Assembly (NCBI RefSeq): GCF_035594765.1
Contig: NC_085843.1
Coordinates: 215,551,971 to 215,615,970, forward strand
DNA length: 64,000 nucleotides
Direction of reading: 5' to 3'
Source of the DNA: Anolis carolinensis
Taxonomy: Eukaryota
The notes beneath the pieces are model-generated. The model made no database searches, was not told the origin of the DNA, and saw only the letters and a list, made by a program, of their open reading frames with translations. Position numbers and translations under genes: made by a program. Each line of letters opens with the position of its first letter. The stretch's first letter is position 1. Positions 1-11,794 of this stretch are shown here, one piece after another.

Positions 1-130
1 TGGGAGGGGGCGGCCCTTCTGATGATGTCATCACGCCACGCAGGGAGGGAGGTCGGCTGGTCGTGGGCGGGGCCACGGGGCTCCATGGATCCAAAGGTGG
101 TTGAAATGTGTTCTGGCCTTCGGCAAGCTG
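1..130. promoter_or_regulatory. Partial duplicate of the CpG-rich promoter at 3280-3410 (rest lies left of the window)
   Basis: Near-identical to 3280-3410 (offset 3279); GC boxes and a TGATGTCA CRE-like site. Confidence 0.6.
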
Positions 131-138
131 TCCCATGA

Positions 139-830
139 TTGGGTTGCTGTGAATTTTCCGGCTGTATGGCCATTTTACAGAAGCATTCTCTCCTGACGTT
201 TCGCCGACATCTATGGCAGGCATCCTTAGAGGTTGCGAGGTATGTCGGAAACGAAGCAAGTGGGGTTTCTGTATCTGTGGAAGGTCCTGGGTGGGAGAAA
301 GAACTCTTGTCTGTTGGAGGCAAGTGTGAATGTTGCAATTTATCCCCATGATGAGCATAGAAAACCCTTGCAGCTTCAAGGCCTGACTGCTTCCTGCCTA
401 GAGTAATCCTTTGTTGGGAGGTGTTATTTGGCCCTGATTGTTTCTTCTGTGGAATTCCCGTTTTCAGAGTGCTGTTCTTTATTTATTGTCCTGATTTTAG
501 AGTTGTTTTAAATACTAGTAGCCAGATTTTGTTCATTTTCATAGTTTCCTCTTTTCTGTTGAACCCGCCTACATGTGTGTGGATTTCAATGGCTTCTCTC
601 TGAAATCTGTCATGGTGGTTGTTGGAGTAGATCAGCATTTCTGTGTTCTCAAATAATATGCTGTCTCCAGTTTGGTCCATCAAGTGCTCTGCTATGGCTG
701 ACTTCTCTGGTTGAATTACTCTGCAGTTCCTTTCATGTTCCGTGATTTGTGTTTTTGCAATGCTTCGTTTGGTGGTCCTTATTAGACTTGTCCACAGCTG
801 CGTGGTATATGGTAGACTCCTGCAGAGATG
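139..830 (-). mobile_element. Penelope-like retroelement 3' fragment (GIY-YIG endonuclease C-terminus plus pLTR with mutated hammerhead)
   Basis: Minus ORF 483-683 reads ...REAIEIH..FNRKEE; hammerhead-like motif at 191-232 has CTAAGGA instead of CTGAGGA. Confidence 0.85.
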
Positions 831-891
831 GTGTAGTGGTTCTTACGTCAGACTTTGTCACAGAAGTCACTGAGGGCCCTTCCACACAGCC

Positions 892-892
<1 letters not shown>

Positions 893-943
<51 letters not shown>
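893..943. repeat. (TAA)n microsatellite
   Basis: Direct inspection. Confidence 0.95.
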
Positions 944-945
<2 letters not shown>

Positions 946-1229
946 AACTACTACAACAAAAATACAATAATAGTGCATATTATTTATATCCCGCTTTTTC
1001 TTCCTCACTGGACCCAAAGTGATTCACAAGATAATATAATACAAATCAAAGCACATTGAACATCAAATACATGTCAAAAAGCACACAAAGCATAATGTCC
1101 AGAAATAATACATATTAAGCATTAATACATTTTAAACTAATTTCAATTATTGTGGATATTCATCAGTTAGTATATTTCACTAAACTCAGTGCAAATCAAG
1201 CTTGCTGCCATTAGCAAGTAAACACATTG

Positions 1230-1550
1230 GTCAAAAGCTTCCTCGAATAGATAAGTCTTCCAACTGGTTCTTGAAAGATAACCGGAAAGAGGGAGTTTTA
1301 ATCTTAAATACCCAGGGCGGCTACCAAGTAGGCCTTTTCTAGTTGCCGCCAACTGTATTTATGACAGCGGCAGCAACGGCACTGAGAGACAGGTCTCTCC
1401 GGAAGATCGTAATGATCGGGCAGGGTTGGTAAGAGGAGATGCAGTCAGATAGGTAATTTGGACCTGTACGGCTCTAAAGGTGAAAACCAGCAGTATGAAT
1501 TGGGCCCAGAAACATATTGGCAGCCAATGTACGTGCTGTAACAGGGTGCT
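1230..1550 (-). mobile_element. Degraded L2-clade LINE 3' fragment (paralogous to 4565-4915)
   Basis: Minus strand encodes an HWLP-type motif near 1500-1545; similar to 4565-4915. Confidence 0.6.
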
Positions 1551-2164
1551 GTAATATTGTGTGTAACAGGTGCTGTAATATTCTGCAATATTACCGATAA
1601 TATATCAAGATAGAAATTCCCACAATTTCTGCTTTGAACTGACTTATCTCAGTCCATACTGCAGTATATTTCAGTTCGAACCAGAGAATGTGGGATTTTA
1701 TTCAGCTGTGTGGAAGGGGCCTGAGTGACTTTAGCCAAGGCACACACTCTCAGCCTCAGGTGAAGACAATGGCACGTCCTCTTTGAAAAAATCATTAACA
1801 GAAAACTCTGAGATAGGGTCTCCTTAAGTTTGACCTAAATCTAAAAAGATTTGAAAGAACACAACAGCAATCCTAATTAATTGCATCCTCCATCTATTTT
1901 TCATATATTCTTCTGAAAAATGACATTCACAACCATTTGGAGATCATAACATTTTGGAAAAGTTTGATCTTTCAGAGGAGAGCCACAACCTCTTTTGAGT
2001 AGAATCTTATCAAGTGGCTTACAACCAAATATAGTGTGCAAGGCAATGTCTTCAGTTATTAGACTGCACCTGTGGTCAGTGATCTGTTAGGAAAAGAGAA
2101 TATGGTAGTGCATCAAGACCAAGCACAATTGTTAATTTTTAATAGATTAAAACTACAATACAAC

Positions 2165-2880
2165 TGGGAGTCTTTTTACTCAGAAAATGCTTCTTGGCCA
2201 TCTTTGAGGTTGTCTCTCTGATCATGTTTGGGAAATACTCAATTTAGAAAAATCCAGAGGATGTAATGCCTGGCATCAGACTTTCTCAGCCTTGGGTGAC
2301 CTCCAAAGAAAAAAACCATGAAAAATAACTCCTCACCGATAAATGCAAATTCCATTTATTTTTCAAATACTGTTATCACTCTTAAAGCATGGGACACTCT
2401 GTTTAAAATAAATTCCCAAAGTAATATTTTTATGAAATATTATTGTAAGTTTACATAACAAAAGCAATATATTAGTGGTAATGGTTTTTTTAAATGAATT
2501 AGAAAGACAAGACAATTGGGAATCTATTGCTCGGGAAATGCTTCTTGACAGTCTTGGGGGTTGGTCTCCCTGATCATGTTTAGAAAATATTAATTTTTTT
2601 TAGAAAGAATCCAGAGGCTGTGACTTGTGGGGGTCACACTTTCTCAGCCTTGGTTCACCTTCAATAGAAAAACCATGGAAAATCACAACCACAATCCAAC
2701 AAAGAAAAACCATGAAAAATACCTCCCCGGGGATAACTGCCCTCTTCATCTCTCTGATCATGTTTAGAAAATATTAATTTTTAAAGAAAGAATCCAGAGG
2801 CTGTGACTTGTGGAGGTCACACTTTCTCAGCCTTGGTTCGCAATAGAAAAACCAAGGGAAAATTCCTTTCCAGGATGACT
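2165..2880. repeat. Three diverged local direct repeats (~2165-2340, 2520-2740, 2750-2880)
   Basis: Shared CTGATCATGTTT...ATCCAGAGG...ACTTTCTCAGCCTTGG...AAAAACCA. Confidence 0.8.
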
Positions 2881-3039
2881 CCCTCTTCATCTCTTTTTCA
2901 AATGCTGTTCTTCCTCTTAACGGTGGGAATCTTCTGTGTAGATTAATTGCCAAAGTTCTATCATTTGGAGAGCTAAAGCGGGAGAGAAAGACAGAGGAGG
3001 AAAATAAGAATAATCCTAGGAATAATGGCAAAACGGCAG

Positions 3040-3410
3040 GGGAGAGTGGTTGAAGCGAGCACCGAACCCTGTGTCCCAAGAGTTCTCATCTAGCGCTCCA
3101 GCCGCAAGGCCACCGGGCTCCCCTCGGCCTCCCCGCGAGAAAAACACCTTAAGAGGCTGAGGCGGAGCGACGTGACAGTGACGAAAGTGAAAGTGATGTC
3201 CTCAGCCACGCACTCACTTAGGACGGAAGGCGGGACTGAGAGCCGGAGGGGGCGGGGCCAAGTCACCGAGAGGGCCCAGAGGGAGGGGGCGGCCCTCCTG
3301 ATGATGTCATCACGCCACGCAGGGAGGGAGGTCGGTTGGTCGTGGGCGGGGCCACGGGGCTCCATGGATCCAAGGGTGGTTGAAATGTGTTCTGGCCTTC
3401 GGCAAGCTGT
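3040..3410. promoter_or_regulatory. CpG-island-like promoter of an unidentified transcription unit
   Basis: High CpG; GAAAGTGAAAGT IRF element at 3183-3194; GC boxes near 3250, 3286 and 3345; TGATGTCA at ~3302; minus-strand donor TAA|GTGAGT at 3218/3217. Confidence 0.7.
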
Positions 3411-3419
3411 CCCATGATT

Positions 3420-4376
3420 GGGTTGCTGTGAGTTTTCCGGGCTGTATGGCCATTTTACAGAAGCATTCTCTCCTGACGTTCCTCCCACTTCTATGGCAGG
3501 CATCCTTAGAGGTTGCGAGGTATGTCGGAAACGAGGCAAGTGGGGTTTCTATATCTGTGGAAGGTCCTGGGTGGGAGAAAGAACTCTTGTCTGTTGGAGG
3601 CAAGTGTGAATGTTGCAATTTATCACCTTGATGAGCATTGAAAACCCTTGCAGCTTCAAGGCCTGGCTGCTTCCTGCCTAGAGGAATCCTTTGTTGGGCG
3701 GTGTTATTTGGCCCTGATTGTTTCTTCTGTGGAATTCCCGTTTTCAGAGTGCTGTTGTTCATTTATTGTCCTGATTTTAGAGTTTTTTTAAATACTAGTA
3801 GCCAGATTTTGTTCATTTTCATAGTTTCCTCCTTTCTCTTGAACCCACCTACATGTGTGTGGATTTCAATGCCTTCTCTGTGAAGTCTGATATTGTGGTT
3901 GTTGGAGTAGCTCAGCATTTCTGTGTTCTCAAATAATATGCTGTCTCCAGTTTGGTCCATCAAGTGCTCTGCTATGGCTGATTTCTCTGGTTGGATTAGT
4001 CTGAAATGTCTTTCATGTTCCTTAATTTATATTCAGGCAATCCTGCATTTGGTGGTCCCTATGTAGACATATCCACAGCAGCATTGTATGTGATAGATTC
4101 CTGTAGAGGTGAGAGGATCCCTCTTGATGGGTTTTTTCAGTGGGTCTGTAGATAGTTTTGTAAGTTGTGTTTCTTCATTAGCTTCCCAGTATGGCCAGTG
4201 GTTCCCATGATGTATGGCAAAAACACCTTTCCCCTGGGTGGGTCTTTGTCTTTACTCTCATGGATTGTTCTTGGTCTTGTAGCTCTTCCGATGTCTGTGT
4301 TGGAGTATCCGTTGGCTTGTAGAATCCATTTTAGGTAGTTCAATTCACCTTGGAGGAAGTGAAGTTTGCAGATTCA
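3420..4376 (-). mobile_element. Penelope-like retroelement, 5'-truncated (RT C-terminal linker, GIY-YIG endonuclease, pLTR)
   Basis: Minus strand reads NGYS...KVFLPYIMG, then STGIYHIQCCCGYVYIGTT (literal GIY-YIG, ~4051-4107), then REGIEIH; degenerate hammerhead at 3471-3512. Confidence 0.9.
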
Positions 4377-4934
4377 AGTTCGTAGAGCACTTGATGAACC
4401 AACCTGCACACAACGTATTTATTTATTTATTATTTAAACTTATATGCCGCCACTCCCCTAGGGCTCGGGGCGGCTTACAAGAAAGGCTAAAATCTAACAA
4501 TTAAAAAACATCTTTGATATATCTTTAAAAAAAACATCTTAAAAAATACAGGAATCCTGAACCACTCGGTCTTCAACTGGTTTTTATTTATTTATTTATT
4601 ATTTAAACTTATATGCCGCCATTCCCCTAGGGATAACGGGGAAGGGGGAGTTTGAAAGATAACAGGGAAGGGGGAGTTTTAATCTCAATGGGGACGGCTA
4701 CCGAGAAGGCTCTCTCTCTCGGTGCCGCCAACCGTATTAGTTAAGATCTTTCCCGAAGATCTTAATGATCAGGCAGGTTTCCTGAAGATCTTAATGATCA
4801 GGCGATGCAGTCAGATAGGTAAGTTAGACCTGAACCATTTAGGTCAACACCAGCACCTTGAATTGAGCCTGGAAACACATTGGCAGCTAGTTTAGGTGCT
4901 GTAACAGGGTGCTGGAATATATATATATATATGT

Positions 4935-5459
4935 GTGTGTGTGATGGCATCACGGCGACCAACAAAACAACAAAACTACAGGCCCCCCCAACCTCAAAAT
5001 TTGACAACACAACACATCATCCACGCCTCTAGGTTGATACAACAAAAAGAAAAGAAAAATAAAGTCCTAATTAGAGGGAGAGGAATAATTGTTTTTATCC
5101 AATTGCTGCCAGTTACAGGGATAATCTCTGCCCACTTGGTCTCCTAGCAACCAACTCAGCCGAGGGGACAGGCAGACTTAGGCCTCTCTTAGGCCTCTTC
5201 CACAGATTATTTAATTTGTTTTTATCCAATTGCTGCCACTCCATGCAGTCATCCCACATGACCTTGGAGGAGTCTACGGACAACGCTGGCTCTTTGGCTT
5301 AGAAATGGAGATGAGCACCAACCCCCAGACTCAGACACGACTGCACTTAATGTCAGGGAAAACCTTTACCCTTTACCTTAACTACCACCTATTCCTCAAT
5401 ACTTTATTTCCCATACCACCATACTTCGCCACAGCAACGCGTGGCCGGGCACAGCTAGT
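4935..5459 (+). mobile_element. Non-autonomous Helitron-like element containing a Sauria SINE 3' fragment (~5236-5380)
   Basis: 3' end GC-rich hairpin ...GCAACGCGTGGCCGGGCACAG followed by CTAG, set in (TA)n; related end at 19258 on the minus strand. Confidence 0.65.
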
Positions 5460-8275
5460 ATATATATAAAACAGGTGCTGTAATATTATATATTCTGTAA
5501 TATAACCCAGAATATCAAGGCAGAAAATCGCACAATATCTGCTTTGAACTGAGTATTATTGAGTCCACACTGCCAAATATTGCAGTTCAACGCAGTAAAT
5601 ATGGGATTTTATTCAGCTGTGTGGAAGAGGCCTGAATTACTTTAGCCAAATCATACTCTCTCAGTCTCAGGTGAAGACAAAGGCACATCCCCTTTGAATA
5701 AATCGCGAGCAGAAAATTCTGAGATACGATCTCCTTAAGTTTACCCTAAATCTGAAATGACTTGAAGGTACACAATAACAATCCTAATTAATTGCATTCT
5801 CCCATCTATTTTTCATATATTCTTATTGCTCTTAAACTATGGGTAGCTCCTGTTTCCTAAGTAAAATGAACATGTGAAACTCATGAAATGAAACCTTCCC
5901 TTTTTCCATAGCCACCTGTGCCTTCTGAGAAGCTTTCTGTAGAGTTTCAGAGTCTCTTGAATAACTTGAGATTGCAGAAGGTGGGGAGAAATTCATTCTA
6001 TGGAATTTAATTTAACTTATAGGTGAGACCTAAAGACTTCTTAAAATGCCAAAAGGAAATGCATACTTGAAAAGTTTCTACCTATCTAGCTGGTCTTGGA
6101 ATACTTAGAATATGAAATTTTGTATTTCCAGTCCAACAGTGGCAGCTAGTGACAGAGCGTGAAGCCTAAGGTTCAGTGCATTTATCACCATCCACCATGA
6201 TTCCCATCTCATATTAGAGGTTGCTGTTAGCATTGAAACATTAGATGTCCTAAACTATTGCTTCTCAAAGTGAGAGAAAAGAGGGGATGCAAAAAATGTG
6301 GCAGCAGGAAAAGGTTTCTGAATGCCACCCAGTGGCTGTTTTCAACATTTACAATGTTAGCAGCAATGTGCAGTGTTTACAGTGGACACTGAAGAGAGGC
6401 TTCAGCTGTGCTTCGTAAAAACAAGAATCAGCCTGTATAGCAGGCCTTGCAAATGCTGATTTATTATCAGTAAATGTTTGATCTTTATACCTATTTGTAT
6501 ACCTATATAGCAAGGATCGTGTAAAAAGTTCTCAAGCAAGAAAGGTTAATGAGTGGGAAAAAGAAGAAAACCCTGTTCCAAACAATAGCCTTCTGAAAGG
6601 AAAGGTTCCAGGATCAACTCCTAGTTCCACATTCTTTTGAAAAGAAATCTGGATTTGACAGGCTTTTGACTATCAAATTCCTTCCTCTTTTGGAATAACT
6701 TTGCCAGCCGTAGAGCAGCTGGTGTTTCTCTTGTAAACTGGAAGAATGCCGATTATTTTGGGTTGTTTTAAGATTCATTTGTGCGTATTACATTTACTGT
6801 CTCAAGTATTATTCCTTCCTCTTCTTTCTAGCAGGCTGTGCCAGGCTTATCTGTCTTTATTTTGGTTACCAATAAAATCCCAATTTCATCCTGGTCCAAA
6901 GGGACAATTCATGAAAACTGTACGGAAGGGATAGCATTCACTGAAAGATAGAAATCCTCCCATCAGTTGGAACATAAAACATCCCTGGAGAGAGAATAGT
7001 TGTACAAGAGACAAAAGACTGCAGCTGCTCTTAACTGCTCCCAATGCATCTAAAATACTTCCATGTTCCCTTTCATTGCTGCCAACATCAATAACTGCTG
7101 TGTGGGGAAATGAGTCAGGCTTAAATTAAGAGCATGGTGACCAGTTGTTTAAAATAGTCAAAAACATCCGTAATCTAATGAAAACCCTTGCCTGTATGGT
7201 TCTTTAGTTCCCTCAAACACGACTGTTTTGGCAATTCATTTAGGAGGGATTTTTTTTTTTTTAGGAAAATGGCATTTACAACCATTTGGAGATCCTAATC
7301 TTTTGGAAAAGTTTGATCCTTCAGAAAAGAGCCAAAAATCTGCTTGAGTAGACTCTTCTCATATGGTGTACAACCAAATGTAATATGCAAGACCATTGGC
7401 TTCAGTTGTTAGACTGAACCTATTGTCTCTGATCTGATAGGAAAACAGAGGATATGCCAGTGCATAAAAACAGCGTTTAGAAGTGTTTTTCCGTGCCCAG
7501 AAATATATATCTACTCTCCCATAAAACAACTAGGTTTATATCATGCACTCAAGAGATAAAAAATGAAGTAGGCTTTGTAAAATAACATATTTGGTTTCCT
7601 CACAGCTTCATAACATAGGTATAGAGCTTATCACTCCAGTTTCAGATATGTTTGAGATAATTTCTGTCTCTTCTAGCCAGAGACATCTCTCTTACAAACA
7701 ACAAGCAAGTGGTGGTCTGAGCAGTCCAAAGTATAAGAGGAATCTAAAATGGAGTCTGAGGTCTGAGCAGTCTCAGGTCAGATCATGTAGTCTGCAGCCC
7801 CTCCCACAACCTCTTAGGAAACATAGAGAAAAAGAAGCTGCATACCAGAACATACATACAAAACAGAAGCAAACAGAATAATAGATTAACAAATTACTAG
7901 AGGAGGCTTGAAGAAGGTTGTAATTTTCAACTAAATTCAAATTCCGAATTAGTGTACATGGTAATTTAAATCCTGCAGTATCCTAAAAATCCTGATCGAA
8001 ATCCAATGTGATGCTTGTGGCAGCATCAGAATTTCTAACCCTTGAGCCTCCACTGTAGGGCCAGAACTAGTCAAACAGGATTTCAGGTAACATGGAGAAC
8101 GGCTGACGGTAGATGGGAGCATCTGAGTCCTCCCTTTAAAAGTAAGTTTACAAAGCATTAAAATTAACTTCTTGGAAAGTGTAGCTGTTTCTTATGGTGA
8201 TGCTACAACTCACTCAAAAGCACTCAACTCTGTATCTGTAAAACATTTAATTCTTCTATTGATTGTATCAAATTC

Positions 8276-8281
8276 TTTATT
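8276..8281 (-). terminator. NUDT13: Candidate NUDT13 polyadenylation signal
   Basis: AATAAA on the minus strand ~170 nt after the stop codon, with GT-rich sequence further downstream. Confidence 0.55.
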
Positions 8282-8448
8282 GCCTAGTCATTGAACACCA
8301 GAAACAGGAAGACAGGCACTCTGTTTAGCAAAAGTGCTAAGAGGTATAATTTTCTCTGCCAATAGATCTCCTGCATAAAATAATGAACCAAGGTCCATGG
8401 AACAAAGACACTAGTGGTAAAACCAACGGATTTTGATCAGCTGAGTAG

Positions 8449-8649
8449 TTAACAGTGACATGATGGAGAGTCCTGTTGTTTAATCCACTCCTGGATTAAA
8501 TGATGGGCTATGGCTTGCTTAGGCGGCACCCAAAAGGCGAGGCTGTTGTCCGTTGCTTTGGAAGGTCTGGCTTCCCTTCCAAGAGCCTCCACCAGCTCCT
8601 CGCGGCTGAACCATCTGGCCGCTTCCAGCTCTTGTTCGTTGATACTAAT
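8449..8649 (-). CDS. NUDT13: NUDT13 (NAD(P)H pyrophosphatase) last coding exon: ISINEQELEAARWF...VPPKQAIAHHLIQEW...*
   Basis: tttgcAG acceptor, phase 0, TAA stop; NudC-family C-terminus. Confidence 0.93.
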   Translation of the reverse strand: MSINEQELEAARWFSREELVEALGREARPSKATDNSLAFWVPPKQAIAHHLIQEWIKQQDSPSCHC

Positions 8650-9381
8650 CTGCAAAGAAAATGATTCAAATCAGATTTTAAAAAAAATCAAATACCTACA
8701 GTAGCTTAAAGAGAGTAAGGGCAGTAATTGGGCTGAGACTGAGACACTTCTGTCACAAATCCAACCAATGACTCACGGTATTATATCTGTTCCCATCCCC
8801 GCATGCAATGTGAAGAATAATGTTCTCAGTCTATTTGATGGAATTGTTGAAATGATTATGGAGTTCCTGTATTTGATGTGCTCCAACCAAGACAAAAGCA
8901 ACATATTATTCTGCAGCTCATGGACTGCAAGTGACCCTCTTTGGGGGTCCAATCCAGTGCAGGCCTTGGGATGTCCATTAACTCCACCAAAGATAGTGCT
9001 ATCCCCACAGTGATAGCACTGTGGGTTAGGAAGGATTTTTAAAAATGGTTGGGCTGTGATGTGTTCTTTTAAGGTGAATCCAGTTCAAAAGAGCCAACAC
9101 CCACCAACACAGAATAATCAAGAAGAACAAAGGTTACCCAAAACTGCACACTTAGATCAAGGGTGGGGCCCTACAATTTTCCAGATGTTACTGACCTACA
9201 GCTTCTATCATCCTTAGCCATTAGCCACACTGCCCAGGATTGGAGTTGGAGTCCAACATTATAAGGCTCTCTACTCTTGATCTAGATAAATCATCCAGTC
9301 AATAAATTTGCTTTTGTAGCCCCTACAGCAAAATAAATGAACCAAACCCAACAAAGTCCTTCTCCTTTTGCTGGACTGTAC

Positions 9382-9536
9382 CTCGCTCTGCTGCGGAGGC
9401 ACCTGGGCATGGCAAGCGATCATGAGAGTGCTGTGTGGGAACGGCCAATGCTGGGAAGCAGAATACCACAGAGAGGTCACCTCCAAGCCCACCTCCTCGG
9501 CAACTTCCCGGCGCACAGTTTCTTCCAGAGTTTCAC
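9382..9536 (-). CDS. NUDT13: NUDT13 exon with Nudix box and SQHWPFP motif
   Basis: [18 protein letters not shown] (Nudix box) and SQHWPFPHS (NADH pyrophosphatase motif); AG/GT boundaries, 155 nt. Confidence 0.96.
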
Positions 9537-9754
9537 CTAGGAGCAGAGAGCAAAGGAAAGGAAACGTTGACATCCCGATAAAGGGTTATCAATGTTGTTT
9601 GTGTATAGGCACTGAAATTTATCTCATGACAACCCAAAATGAAGACAAGAACCCTTGCATGAAGTGAAGAACAACAACAACCAGGTTACTGACTAACTTG
9701 TTTTACTTATATCCCATATTTTTCTCTTCAAACCCTCAACCAATAGATTAAATA

Positions 9755-10098
9755 CAGTAGAGTCTCACTTATCCGACTTAAACTGGCAGGAAGAATGTCG
9801 GATAAGTGAAACTGTCAGATAATAGGGAGGGTGGCAGAAGAAGGAGTCTCTTCCCCTGCTGTTGGGGAAGAGGCTCCTCCTCCTCTCCCTTGGCAGCCTG
9901 GCTGTTGAGGGAGAGGAGGAACAGGACAAGTCGGGGGGGGGGGGGGGGGCAGTGCAGCCCTCAATGAGGTTTCTAGGCTGTCCCCACTACTGCTCTCAGC
10001 GATCCTCCTCATCCTCCTGAGCGAGGGAGGGGGCGCCCAGGGTGTCAGATAATATGGTGTGTCGGATCAGCAGAAGTCGAATAAGCAGAACTCTACTG
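9755..10098. mobile_element. Tc1/mariner-type MITE with a GC-rich core
   Basis: TIR CAGTAGAGTCTCACTTAT / imperfect inverse; TA target-site duplication. Confidence 0.8.
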
Positions 10099-10210
10099 TA
10101 TTATCTACTGGCCACATTCACTCTCTTTTCCTTCCTTCCTTCCTTCTCAGTGCTGCCCAATAGCTCACCATAAAATACAGCATTAACGCATTTATCACCT
10201 CATTCCTTAC

Positions 10211-10322
10211 CTACATCACAGAAGCCAGACAGAGCACTGTACATCCCTTTGGGAAATGATGCTTGCCGTGCAAGAAGGCATCGACTCCCATCTGACACCA
10301 AAGTAATAACTACTGGAGACAT
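10211..10322 (-). CDS. NUDT13: NUDT13 exon: MSPVVITLVSDGSRCLLARQASFPKGMYSALSGFCDV
   Basis: ttttAG / GTAAG boundaries, 112 nt, frame joins neighbouring exons. Confidence 0.95.
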
Positions 10323-11668
10323 CTAAAAATAACGGGAGAAAAAGAAGGAAGCAGAAATGTAGCTATATCACTGGGAGAACTGCAGAAGCAGAGCCAGCAG
10401 CATGGCCATAGTGCAAGGAAGCTCACAGTACACAAAAACATTGTTATGTGCAGTGGTGCTTTCTACTGTTTAGTGACACACTTTGTGCCACAGCCTGATA
10501 TCTACCACCAAAATTCACTACAAGGTTTATGAATTGTGTTAGAGATCATAGTAAAGTTACACATTATGGCGTCTGATGCCGGATCTCAGCCAGAGTTGAG
10601 ATCAGCTGTGCATTGCACCTCAAACAAGAACATAAGAAAGGAATTCACTAAAAGTGTAAATAACATCCATGTTTATTTCCCCTCATAATTTCCAGGTTCT
10701 TATAGACAGTTCCTCTACCAAAATAATAAAAGTTGGGCCAGTTGTTACTTTTGCCAGCCAAGCCAAAAAGCCAGACATAGATGTGAGAGAAAGTGATGCT
10801 GAAATTTACCATTAACATGTGACTGTGTAGAAAAGCAAACCACAGACCACCTACTGCAATGCATTCTGAGCCCTGCTATATGCACAATGGAGGACCTTCT
10901 AACAGCAACACCAGAGGCACTCCAAGTGGCCAGCTACTGGGCAAAAGATCTTTAGTATTAATGCCAAGTTTTTTTCTTTAAAAACTCTGTTTTACAATTT
11001 GTACCCTAGGTTCACTTCCGACATGAGAAATAAATCAATATAACTCTTTCAAACCTTTTCAGATAGTAGCACTACTTAACACCCAATCATTGGTTGGCTT
11101 GTTTAATCTGCCCCTATAACACCATGTTCTTGGTTTTAAAAAATCTGGTGTCCTAATTCCCATGGAAAGCTTTTTACCCTGGTATATAAATATATGGGTA
11201 TTTTTTATTAACCTATTTTAAAAGTAACCCCTGACAAACACACAAATCTTAGTCTAGATCTTTCTTTGTCATTTTTTTCCTTTCTATATACGCATACCTA
11301 ATTTAGTCATGGAAGCACTTTTTAATCTGTTCTGCAAAAGCCCAGAACGGGTGAGGTTCCCATAAGACCTTGCATCTATATTAAAATCTTCAGCATGATC
11401 AGTAACAGGGTTGGTCTTACTTCTTCCCATTTGCCTGTTTTCTTACATATGAGGCAGATGCAAGAGGAGCACTCAATGAAACTGATTTCTTTGAAAATAC
11501 TCCTCATCCACTCATAAAACAAGTAATTATCTCTTTTTCTGACTGATACAAGAACAACCTAAAAGTCTACTAACTGAACTGGCTCCATAACAGCCAATTT
11601 GATTGCCTGTCTGTATGGTTGAGTAATAGCTTTGTCAACCTGAAACCTTTCTGTCGGATGATGCCCAC

Positions 11669-11794
11669 CTGTGGGTAATAGATGGTTCCACTGTGGTCAC
11701 AAACCCTTTTGCTCCCAGCCAGATTCTTCATCGTGGGCATCCCAGTTTGGCTGCAGTACTTGTGATTGTCATGCCAGTGGAGGAGAGCCTTTGC
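11669..11794 (-). CDS. NUDT13: NUDT13 exon: AKALLHWHDNHKYCSQTG...VCDHSGTIYYPQ
   Basis: 126 nt, phase 0/0; degenerate NudC zinc-ribbon region. Confidence 0.94.

Noticed and set aside
3134-3147. Minus-strand TGTTTTTCTCGC resembling telomerase RNA CR2
   Set aside because: No CTAACCCT template and no TGACTTTCAGC continuation; a 12-nt coincidence
1-8400. Expected ECD 3' exons downstream of NUDT13
   Set aside because: No segment translates to the ECD C-terminus as I recall it
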